64,000 bases of DNA from Vitrella brassicaformis CCMP3155. Its lineage: Eukaryota > Protista > Chromerida. The position numbers and the translations under genes are program-made. How positions within the stretch are numbered: the first letter of the stretch is position 1; every line of letters begins with the position of its first letter. Positions 35,649 to 47,400 of this stretch are shown in pieces. Location: the NCBI GenBank assembly GCA_001179505.1, contig CDMY01000441.1, forward strand, positions 1 through 64,000, read 5' to 3'. The notes under the pieces were generated by a model. The model searched no databases and had not been told where the DNA came from. It saw only the letters and a list, made by a program, of their open reading frames with translations.

Positions 35649-38600
35649 ATGGACGGGCCGTCGAATGAGAGGCAATTCTCTTGTTCACTGCCGGCGTCGG
35701 AGGCACTTAGGGCCACCCACCGCCACCGCATAATCCAGCAGCATCTCGACGCGGATGCAGCCAACACGCGAGCAGACCTCAGGACGATATGTGCACGCCG
35801 TCGGCCGCCCTCCCTGCTGCTGACTTGCCCATATATCTATGCGCCATCTCTTGGTCTGCGAGATGAGGGGCAGCAGCAGCAGCAGCAGGGCAGTGCCAGT
35901 CCTGTTGCGAGGTGGGATGTGGCGCAGAGGGTGCTGCATGGCGCTGTGCACCAAGGGCTGGAGGTGGTCGAGATCGGGGACCACTGCCATCCCGTCAGGG
36001 CGGGTCTGCCCATGGAGAGGCGGTGCTTTGCGCTGAGGTTGAGCAAAGGGGCTGACTCCATCGACACGAGGGTAAGGGTAAGGGTCAGTCAGGGTGAGAG
36101 AAACAATGAGCATACACACACGTCCACACTCGCTCATTGGTTGTGCTTCCTTTCGTGCTTCATTGTCACATCAATCAGCGTGTGGTGGTCTTGGGCGCCC
36201 TCACTGGGCGAGTGCGTCGTCCCTTCCCCGCTGCTCCCGTCCCAGCCCATCACCAGTCGTCGAGCCCTCCACTCGAGTACCAGATGATTGCAGCGGGGCT
36301 GCCCGAGTATTACACACGTCCCGACGGCATGCTTGGGGCCGCGGCGGTGTTCGCCATGAAGTTCGATGCCGATGCGCTGCCGCCGAGCACTGCTGAGGAG
36401 GGCGAGAAAGGTGAGGTGCCGGCAGGCCAGGCCTTGGTCAATCAATCTCCTTCCTGATGTCTTTGTGAAGGGTCGGTTCCCGGTGACGAGGACTGGCTGC
36501 TGGACTGCAGCCAGATGAGCAGCGAGCTGGTATTCGTCGCGCACCACCAGCCTGTGGAGGTCATCAGGGGGAAACCTCTCAGACGCAACGCCGCATGGCA
36601 TTGGGTGAGTAGAGTCGCGAATGCACGTCACATGTATGGACGCATACGCTTCCGCTCCCCTCTCTGTGTGTGTGTGTGCGTGTCAGGTGTATGTCGACGG
36701 CTGGCCCCATTTGGTGCTCACAAACATCCTTGGGACACCGATACACCCACAGGTTGGTCAGTATGTGAGTGAGTCGCAGAGGGAGGCGCGACACGACGCA
36801 AGCCATGCAAGCACACATAGGAGTGTCTGCCTGCCCTGTTCGTTCGTCAGGACGAGATCGTTGCTGACTTCGGTCCAACGTGGTTCGCCCGCTATCGCAG
36901 CGCAATCCTGCAGGCGATGCGGATCGAGCACACCGAGTACCGCCTCCTTCGCGCATGCCGATACGATGGGATCTCGCCCATCCGAAAGCCTACCACAGGT
37001 GGGCGCGACGAGAGAAGGGACGGCCGAGTGACTGGCATTGCAACTTCGTCTGTCTGTGTTCGTGTCAGGGGATTGTGCGGACGGCCTGTTGGGCTCTCCG
37101 CAGATGAAGGTGCTCAACGAGAAGGCCCGAAAGATCGTCGCACACCCTCCCCAAGCGTAAGCAAAGCATGGGGGGCAACCAAACTCTCACGAATTCCATT
37201 GTGTTCCTCTTCCCCTCCCCTCCAGGTCCCCTCGGCCAAAGAGGCGGGCTGCCGCTGCCGCCAACAGCCACAGAAACCCAACGGACATGCAGGAAGACGA
37301 CGAGCCCGACTCGCCACTCCGGCTGCCCATCCGGAGGGTGGTGCGGGCGACCGACTGCACCACCACCGCTGGTGGCGTCACGTGTGCACCTGGGTGGTGT
37401 GAGTCGATCCCACACCCATTGCGAGGGCAGATGGAGACGGGCGTCGACATCGCCATGCGCTCCCCGGGGGGCAGCGACCCGCCAGCACCGACGGCGGTGC
37501 GGAAGGGGCAGGACGACACTCGAGTCAATGAATGTGAGCAAGGAGGGCAAGCTGGGGCAGAAGCAGCACACGGGAACGTCCCTGATGTATGTGTGTAATG
37601 GTTTGGTCAGTGAGCCGCCAGCTCGCCGAGAAGAACAAGCAGATAGCGGAGCTGCACCAGCGTCTGGGCCCCCCTCACCCCGTCGCCCGTCGAGACACCG
37701 CCACAGGCGCGTCACCCCCTCGCCCGTCGTCAAAGCCCTCCCTGCTGAATGGCACGAGAGAAGACCAGCAGGCCGCGAGCCACGAAGCGGCAGCAGCTGG
37801 CGGTGGACACAAGAGAGGAGTCAAGCGGCCAGGGGCACCTCACGCTGCTTCTACTGCCACTGGTAAGTCAAACTCTGAGAGGTGACACGTCGGAAAATCT
37901 GTATGTGTCCCCTTGTTCCATCCGTCCATCAGATGGCCACGAGGCGCGCTCGCCGGTCCCGAAGAAGGCCCGCGACGCCCGCCACCACAGCAAGGAGAGC
38001 AGGAAGGCGTCATCCGACCAGCACGGGTCTCCCTCCCCTCCATCCGCCACCCTCTCCCCTGCCAGACAGAGGAGCGATGCCGTTGACAAGGGAAGCAAGG
38101 GCAAGGCCGGCGGTGATGCCAAGCCGCCCTTCGGCGCGCTGAGGACACACGGGGGTGTTCAGCTGGTTAATGACGGTGGCGACAAACACCACCCGAACCA
38201 CAAGGAGAAGAAGAAGCACGACAGCAAGGAGGGCGACAAGGACCGAGCAGCACATCGGCAGAAGGGAGACATGGACCGGTCCAAGGACCACCTCCATCCA
38301 CCCCAGCAACAACAGCATCAGCACCATCAGCACAAGGGTGGCGGCCACGCCGTCAAGGCCCCGCATCCCCCCGAGAAGCCGCACAAGGCAGAGAAATCCC
38401 GACTCAAGAAGCAGCACCAGGGCGGCGGAGGCGGAGTAGAGGGGGAGCACCATCCTCAGCATCATCACCACAAGGACCATCCCACCAAAGCCCGCAGCCA
38501 GAGCCCCTCTCTACCTTCGCCAAGACCAGCCGCACCGAACACCGCCAAGCCAGCAAGGCCACCCCCACCAACACCAGCTCCCGACCACAACCACAGCAGC

Positions 38601-40680
38601 AAGGACCCGCTGCCCCGACCCCCACCACCCCAGCCACAGCCAAACGGCTCTGACGATGCAGGGGCGGGCCAGCTTCACCCGCCAGATCGCAACACCAGCA
38701 GCATCAGCAACAGCGACGAGATCGCAGCGGGGCTGGCGCGCGAGCATGCGGAGGTCCTGCACGCGGGGAGGGGTCGCGTGACGTGGATCCGTGAGAAGCA
38801 GCGGTGGGAGATGCAGTACGAGAGCATCAAGAACACCTCCAAGCCGAGCGAGAGCGTCGAGAAGGGCTTCAAGCGGCTGCTCGACAGCCTCCAGCGGCAC
38901 CGCAACAAGGGCAAGACGCGTATGGCGACGGGCCCACCTGGCAGCCAGGGTGGACCCAAGAGGAAAGGCGACAGGGATGGCAGTGGAGGCGGCGCGCCCC
39001 CAGGTCCCGGTGGAGCTGGGCCAAGTGTTCCTTCTCCATCTGGTGGATCGAGCCATCCTCCTGCCAACAACGCGGAAACGAGTGCCGGGCCGTCTGCCGG
39101 CAGCCATGCGCCACTGGAGGGAACCACAGGAGCAGCAGCAGCAGCGGCAGGGGGGGAAGAGCAGCCACAGGGGTCAGGGCTCTTCCGGCTCGCGAGCCAG
39201 ACCAACGACCACCCGCGAGCAGCTGCCAATGAGCCCCCTCACTGTGACGAGACCATCAGTCCGCTGTCCAACCAGACGGTGCGGATCGAGCGTGAAGCTG
39301 GCAGGGCTGCAGTGGAGCCACCAGAGGGAGGGATGGCAGCCAAGATTCACCCCCCGCCCATCGCCATCCCGCCACCACGCACACCACATGCGTCGGGACC
39401 GGCCACGCCCTCTCCCAATGACCATCCCCAACCAGCCCACCGGTTTCCCGCCCCCATCCCACGCAAGCCTGTCGCCGCCTCCAAGCGCCGTCCCGTGCCC
39501 CCGCCTCACACCGCAGACAAACACAGACCATCGCCCCCACGGGGAGGGGCGCAGTCTGATCGTCACCCGTCGCCGCCCGGCAGCAGCCGGCAGTCCCATG
39601 ATCCGTCGGTCGGCAGCCCCCGTCATGACAGCCATACCAAGAAGGACAAGGACAAGGACGAGCAAGAGCATGAGCATGCCCCGCCCAGCAAGCCGCGGAA
39701 GCAGCGGATTGAGAGCGACAGTGATGACGACGGAGGCCATCGAGGGAAGGGCAAGGGACATCGCCAGGGGGCGGCCAAGAGACGAGGTACGCACCGCCAG
39801 GAGCAATTGGTCGCATCCACTCCACATGTACACAAACCAACTGGAATGCGTGTGTTGGTGTTGGTTGGTATCAGGTCGAGGCGGTCGTCAGCGAGCTCTG
39901 TCAAGCCTGGACGGAGAGGAGATGGACGATGCGACGGCCGAGGCGGTGCGGATCAAGAAGCACAAGGGTGTGTGCTGGAACAGGAAGTGTCAGCGGTGGG
40001 CCGTGTCCTACAAGGTCAACAGGGACGGCGCCGGCAAGAAGACGCAGGTCAAGTACTTCGGGCTCAAGCAGTGGGGCACCGTCCAGAACGCATACAACGA
40101 AGGTCAGCACTACAGCCACAACACAGCCACCAGACACAACAGAGACCAAAGGGAAGGAGGTGTTTCTGAGCACACGTGTCGTCCCTCCTCCCCTCCACAC
40201 ACTGTGTGTGTCTGATTGATACATACAGCCGTGAGGTTCAAGCTATCGCTCCCCTACGGAGGCGGCAGCACCTCCAAGAAGGGGGGCGGATCCACCAACC
40301 CCGCCAACACCAGCAAGAAGCCCGCCACCAAGAAGAGCCGGAAACTCACCAAAAACCGCGACTATGATGAGCAGCCCTCCCCCAGCAGCAAGCGCGACAA
40401 GCACCAGCAAGGCGAAGAGGACGATGAGGAGAGCGAGTGGGAGTCGTCAAGCTCATCCTCATCCGAGGAGGAGGAGGAGGAGGAGGAGGAAGGAGAAGGT
40501 GATGAAGATGACGAGGAAGGGTCCGATGAGGCCGAGGGATCGGGCGAGGGGGATGGTGAGGGAGAGGGTGACACTTCGTTGGAGGACAGCTCGGAAAAGG
40601 GCCCACAGAAGAAGAAGACCAAGACGGGAGGCAAGGAGGAAAGAACAACGGGAGGGCAAGACGCCGATATGGCTACCTGA
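35649..40680 (+). CDS. ApiAP2-type transcription factor with N-terminal degenerate SET domain (about 10 exons)
   Basis: SET-like blocks: VVEIGDHCHPVR...CFALRL...VLGALTGRV, WLLDCSQMSSELVFVAHH, NAAWHW|VYVDGWPHLVL...IHPQ|DEIVADFGPTWF. AP2 domain: HKGVCWNRKCQRWAVSY...KYFGLKQWGTVQNAYNE|AVRFK. All junctions are phase-consistent. Confidence 0.75.
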
Positions 40681-41267
40681 CTGACGGACGGACGGGCAGG
40701 CAAGCAGGCAGGCAAGCAGGCAGGCAATTCGGGAGAGGTATTGTGGGCGGCTGACGGCTATGACGTGCTGCGGTAGGTAGGAGCTTTTGGTGTCAATCGT
40801 CCCTACCTGCCAATCCTATCTAACCTAAGCGCCTTTTGGTCACTTTGTATGTGTCGATCGCACGATGGTCTGTCTGGTGGGGAGGTGAGGTGGTTGACGT
40901 GGTGAGTGAGTGAGCAGGTGACGTGACAGCTCTTGTATACTGAGGAGAGAGAGAGAGGGGTCCGGTCCGCCGGGTGGCTCAGCTGGCTATGCTGCGTCAT
41001 GTCTTGTTGTAGTATGTGTGGTGTCCGTGCCATTTGTGGGTGCATTTAGATGAGGCGGATGGATGGATGGATGGATGGACACTATTCCGTGTTTTTGCCA
41101 GATATGCTGCGTGAGCGAGTCGTTGTGAACCAATGGATGGATGGATGGATGTGGTACCTACCTACCGACACGCGCAAGACGTTGCGGTGTGTGCGTGTGT
41201 GGTCTCTCTAACTTAACCATGGTCCGTGAGTGCGTGGACCGGATCCAGCTCCAGTGAGTGAAGACAT

Positions 41268-44200
41268 TCACGAAATGTGCTGCTCATAGTAACTATCACC
41301 ATCTGTCCGCACAGACACCGTCAAATAACCCGCATCCCTCAACCCCCCCAACAGACCATCCATATAGACCCACCCGCACCTCACAAACACGGCTGGCTGC
41401 CCTATTGGCGCAGGAATGTCTGCCTGCCACCCACCGGCACTGTACACCCGTCCGCTCCACAGATGCACCCATCCGTCGGGCTGACTCTTGCAGCCCCGTG
41501 TGTCTGGGTGGAATGAGGACGCTTCTTCTTGTCGACGTCGCAGGGATGGGGTGGAGGTTGGCTGACCGGTGGCGGGTTGTTGCAGGGGGATGGGCGAAGG
41601 CCATGGAGGGGGAAAATACGCCTGAACATGAACCCAGATGGACAGAACCTCTGTGTGTGTGGGGGGGCTCACCGTGACGGTCTTGGCTCCCTGCGTCAGC
41701 ACAGGCACCACGAGCAGGTCCTCGCCGACCAGGCATTGACCCAGCAGCTCACTCCACCCGGGCAATGACAAGGTCTCCTCATTCAGCGGCATATGGAACA
41801 GTGTGTGTCGGACGAGGGGCAGGCCATATGCGTGTGCCTGCCGCATGAGGGCCTGCTTGTACGGCGCCAGCAGGCGGTGTACGGTGGCGAACTTCTTGAG
41901 GTGCTCCAACGACTCGCCGTCGGTCCACACCTGCCAGGCGTCCTCGGGACGATTCCCCTGTCCTCCACCCATCCATCCATTCGCACCGACCGCACAGACA
42001 GAGAGAGAGAGAGGTGCCGCTGCGCTGACCGACCTGTGTGTCTGCTCTGCGTGTGTCCCTCCACCCACCCCACCTGATGTGTACGCAGTACGGCGTCGGT
42101 GAAGGCGTTCATCTCCATCCAGCGCAGCAGCAGCTCCTTGGACCGCACATACACATCCCCGCCACCGCCACCATTGGGACTGGGTGCGTCGAGCATGGTG
42201 TAGCCGCCCACATCGCTGTGCGTGAGGCTCCACCCACTCAGCCCCGCCGTCAGATGGCCGATCAGCGCGCTCCGAATGCCGTCGTGCTCATCCCAGCTCG
42301 TCAGCTGGTCGCCCAGCCAAAACAGAGGCGTGTACCTCGGCCCCTGCACGCCCCCCGCCCGCATGAAGAATATCACCTCCTCCCCGGTCTCTCTCCCATC
42401 ATCCGACAAAGCATAAGGCGTCTCCTGCAGAGCCTCGTGGTTGACGGACGCCCATAGCTGCGGGAAGGCGTTGTGGATGTCTCTGCCTCTGCCGCTTGCG
42501 AGGGCAGCGTCGAAGGGCAGGTACTCCGAGAAGTCGGCCATCCATCCCGCAACGGGGACGGGCCGGCCGGTCTCGGAGCGGCATGTGCTGTTGACTGTGT
42601 CATCGGAGGGGCAGAACTCGGGCAGATGCAGCATGTGGCAGCGGATCAGCTGCATTGCAGGACATCCATCGCGACATACGCATACCATAGCGATCGGCAC
42701 ACATGATTGAGTTTATTGAGGCAGACAGACATGTTTCGCTGGCTTTGCTTGCTTACATCAACGAAGAAGTGCCGTCCTGTCTGGTTGGTCAGATCGACAG
42801 TCCCAAATCTGAAGGCAGGGTCCACCGAGTACTGCACATACGGCAGCCCCGACTCGTTCATCACCAGCACACCCGCACCAGCCGCCTCGGCAAACAGGTC
42901 CCGCCGGCCCTTCATTCTCGGATCGTCCCCCACCCCTGTCGACAGATAGGGGTTGCTGTAGGTCCACACCCGCACCTTCTTGTCCATGAGGCGCTTCAGC
43001 ATGCACTCCCAACCGGGGTAGTGGTGCCGGTCGACGTCCCACGACCACCACAGTCGGATGCCGAAGTCAGTCTCGCGGACGCCCGTCCAGTCCTGCAGCC
43101 ACAGGCCGACAAGCGGCACGCCCCGCTCCAGCAGGAAGTCGGCCATCTCCTCTGCTCGTTGGGTGCCGCCCCAGTAGCCCACGATCACGCCGGCAGAGAT
43201 CCAGGAGGGCAATACCCGCTGGCGGCCTGTGAAGTGCGTGGCCGTGTGCACCAGAGAGGCCAGAGTGGCCGTATGCGAATCGCCATCGTCGCGGAGGGGC
43301 GTGTGGGTGAATGTGAAGAGCTCCAGCGACAGGAGCGTGCACGGACCCCCGTCTGCCGCCGTACACTCGAAAGTCTCCTCAAGAGTCTCCGATACCTCTA
43401 TTGTCGTCTCATTCGGCTCGGTGAAGTCCAGCACACAATAAGCAGAAGAGTTGAGAAAGAGTCCATTGGCCGCCGAGGTGAGGAAAAGGGGCGTGGCCGT
43501 GTAGGTGGTGAATGACGTGCCGGCGGCATGAGGGCTGGTGCGTTCCAGCAGCGTCGTCAGCGGCTGCATCCCACGACCCACCCCCTGCTCCGACGAGAGA
43601 ATGGGCACCCGATGGCCCTTGAGGTCGAAATGGGTGAACTGTGTCCCGGCGCCGAAGACGTGCTCGTCTGCGTCACTCGCCAAGTTGAGGGTCAGCTTGG
43701 CTGCCGTCGGTTTACCTCGTATCGCTATCCACGAAAGACCGCTTTGGTTCCACCGCAGATGGTCGCTGGCGTTTGTCGGAGAGAGCTGAATCTGCCACCG
43801 CACGATGGGCCACTTGTTGTGGTCCTTCTCGCTGCTGCCTCTCACTGCCGCATCAGATATGGACGATAACACCACCCGGAAGCTGACGCACTCCCAGCCA
43901 CGGAGCCGCTGACATGATGACGACCTCTCCTCGCTAACACACAGATCACCCGCGAGAACAGCCGAATCATCCCGACCTCCTCGGTCCAAAGTGACGTTGC
44001 GCGGGATCTCAAAGGGGCAGAACGGGTCGGCATGGCCCTCATCGAAGCGCTCGTAGAAGTTGCCAGATGACTCCTCCATCACAGACGGATCTGCTGACAC
44101 GTCAAACAGGAACCGATCTGGCGGCGTCCTGACCACCACGTGAGGCGCCGCATCTTCTGTGGCGGTGGCAGTGGTGATGTTGAAGCCGCCTGTGGGCGTC

Positions 44201-44280
44201 CACTGCACGTCGAAGCCGAGGATAGAGACGGAGAGGGCTGAAGTGGCGGTAGCAACCAGGACAAAGAAGATCTTACCCAT
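41268..44280 (-). CDS. yihQ: GH31 sulfoquinovosidase (YihQ-like) with signal peptide (4 exons)
   Basis: WLQDWTGVRETDFGIRLWW, GWMADF (nucleophile), WLGDQ (acid/base), HSDVGGYT and RSKELLLRW...FT...RTHQ match the YihQ family. N-terminus is MGKIFFVLVATATSALS, and there are many N-glycosylation sequons. Confidence 0.88.
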
Positions 44281-44353
44281 GAGAGAGATTCTCGTCTTCT
44301 TGTGGCGATGTTGCTCTTGTTCTTTCCGGTCCTTTGCTGGGGGTCTCTTCCTC

Positions 44354-44362
44354 CGCGAGCTT
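44354..44362 (-). promoter_or_regulatory. Candidate promoter motif AAGCTCGC(G) (SQase / urease spacer)
   Basis: cgcgagctt on the plus strand, inside the 123-bp divergent spacer. Confidence 0.45.
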
Positions 44363-44403
44363 GTGTGTGCAATTCGCGATCCGCGGGAAGGGAAGATCTG
44401 GCA

Positions 44404-47400
44404 ATGAAGCTCTCTCCGAAGGAGATCGACAACCTCCTTGTGCACAATGTGGGCTTCCTGGCGCAGAAACGGTATAGATCTCTCTCTTAAAGAATCTGCT
44501 CACTCATGGCATGGTGCGTGTCGTTGGTATGAGTCATTCACGGTTCAGGCTTGCCCGCGGCATTCGGCTCAACAGCACTGAGGCGACGGCCCTCATCGCC
44601 GCACAAGTGCTGGAGTTCGTTCGCGAAGGTGAGTGCGCCAAGGGGAGGGCTACGGTGTGGTGGGCCGACACAGTGTCACGCTGCACTGCCCTGTCTGGAT
44701 GTCTGTGTAAGCAGGTTACAGGGTGTCCGAGCTGATGCAGAAGGGCCGTGAGCTGCTGGGCTTCAACCAGGTGCTGCCCGGCGTGGCGGCACTGCTCCAC
44801 GACGTGCAGGTGGAGGGCACCTTCCCTGACGGCACCAAACTCGTCACGGTACGCTCGCTGACCGGGACAGACAGACAGACAGACAGACTGACTGATCTAT
44901 CTATCTATTGTGTCTGTCATGCTGTGTGATGGGGGGGGCAGGTGCATGACCCGATATGCCGCGAGGATGGCGACCTCAGCTTGGCGCTTCACGGGTCGTT
45001 CCTGCCTGTGCCGGACGTGGCCATCTTTGTGGCTGCTAAGTATCCTGGTGCGTGGGCCTTGGCAGGGGCACACACACGCACATAAATAAAGACTGAAAAT
45101 ACGACGGAGAGTGCCCGTGTCTGTGTCTGTGTCTGTGTGCGTCGATGCCTGCCTGCAGGGGACAAGTATCACACCGCCGAAAGCTCTCCGACACCAGGTA
45201 GGTCGCCAGGTTGGCTGGTGGAGCCGGTCATCCATCGTGTGGATTCTCGTTATGTCTGTGGTTGCTCCCTCCCATCCCACCACCACTAGGCGAGTTGGTG
45301 CCTGCGTCAGGGGAGCTGGTGCTGAATGAGGGCCGCAAGACCGTCACTCTCACTGTCACATCGACCTGCGACAGGCCCATCCAGGTAAGGCATGCACAGA
45401 AGGATAGATCTTCGTTCCCAAAGGTCGTCTGTTGCTTGCTTGCTTCACTCAGGTCGGCAGCCACTATCACTTCATTGAGACGAACCCGTACCTCCGATTC
45501 GACCGGGCCAAGGTCAGGTGCCTTACTCTTGCCAAAGAGACTGCATGCGATGCGTGTGCTTCTTCGTGATTTGCAGGCGCTGGGGATGCGGCTGAACATC
45601 GCCGCGGGCACAGCTGTGCGCTTCGAACCAGGTGGATACCACACCAAGCTATGTGAAATGGTCGGTAGACGCCACGCAGGGTGTCATTCATTCGCACAGG
45701 CCAGACGCGTCAGGTGCATCTGGTGGAGATCGCCGGCAACAAGAAGGTCTACGGAGGTGCCTCCCTCACTCACCGACCGCCACCCAGACTAACACACCCT
45801 CACCGTCTGTCTGCATGGGGCCGTCCGTCCGTCTGCAGGGAACGGTCTGGTGGACGGCGTGGCCGACCCATCCAAGATCCCGGCAGTCCTCGCCAAGCTG
45901 CAGCAGCAGGGCTTCCTGCACCAGGAGGAGCCTGGCGCGCAGCCTGCCCCCGTGGCGACCATCCCAAGATCCATCTACGCACACACATACGGGTGGGTAC
46001 CCTACCCTGGCAGCTCTTTTCTCTTGTCGCGTCGCGTCATCCATGTGTGAGCGTGAGTGACATTGCAGGCCGACAGTGGGCGACAGGTTGCGTCTCGGCG
46101 ACACGGCTCTCGTGGTTCAGGTGGAGAAGGACTTCACCGTCTATGGCGACGAGTGCAAGTTCGGCGGTGGGAAGGTGCTCCGTGAGGGTATGGGTCAGAT
46201 GGCCAACTGCTCACCCGCCAAGGCCCTCGACTGCGTCATCACCAACGCACTCATTATCGACGCCAAACTCGGTATCGTCAAGGTATGCTATGCTGGCCGC
46301 CAGCGGTGCACGCAGTGATTGATGCCTCCATCGTGTCTGTTGTGTATGTGTATGTTATGTGTGCAGGCTGACGTTGGTCTCAAGGGCGGCATGATCGTTG
46401 GCATTGGGAAGGCCGGCAATCCCGACGTCATGCAGGCGAGCCGAGCCACACGCTCACGACGGACAGACAGACATCTGGTGGATGGATGCAGTGCAGGGTC
46501 CGTAATATATCTGTCTGTGTGTGTGTGTGCGTGTGTGTGTGTGTGTGTGTGTCTGTGCAGGGTGTGGACGGTTCCATGTGGGTGGGTGCGACGACCGAGG
46601 CCATAGCCGGTGAGGGCTTGATCCTCACCGCCGGCGCCCTCGACGTCCACGTCCACTTCATATGCCCACAGCTCTACCAAGAGGCCATCGCATCAGGCAA
46701 GGCACGCACCCGTCAAGCAGAACACACCACACCACCGCAATCAATCCCATATTTGCAAGCTTCTGAGTGCTGTGCAGGCATCACGACGCTGCTTGGTGGC
46801 GGCACCGGGCCTGCCACTGGCACCAACGCGACGACCTGCACGGCTGGGCCCAAAAACATCAAAGACATGATTCTCGCCACAGGCATGGCATGCCTGTGGC
46901 GCACAAGAGAACGAACGGCCCATGGAAAGGGCACAGCACACGTGAGGCGTGTGTATGTGTGCAGATGAGTTCCCAATGAACTTCGCCTTCACTGGCAAGG
47001 GCAACACATCGCTGGTGAGTGACAGGAAGGAAGTAAGGGGCAGACCTCTGCTGTTGTGGTGTGTGGGACGATCAGTCTGGCGACGAGATCGCCATCGACC
47101 TGAAGGAGCAGATCGTTGGCGGCGCCGTGGGCCTCAAGCTTCACGAAGACTGGGGAACCACACCTGCTGCGATCGACACGTAACCAGCCACCCATCCCCG
47201 CCATTGACACACACCTCTCTCTCTCCCTCTCTCCCCATCTCTCCCTCCCTCCCTCTCTCTCTCTCTTTCTCTCCATCTCTCTCTGTGCAGGTGTCTGCGT
47301 GCCGCCGAGGCGTATGACGTGCAGGTGACGATCCACACCGACACCCTCAACGAGTCTGGCTGCGTGGAGCACTCGATCGCCGCCTTCAAGGGCAGGAGCA

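Noticed and set aside
44281-44445. Upstream start (44445) for the GH31 ORF given in the ORF track
   Set aside because: It overlaps urease exon 1 and buries the signal peptide. ATG 44280 gives a clean leader.
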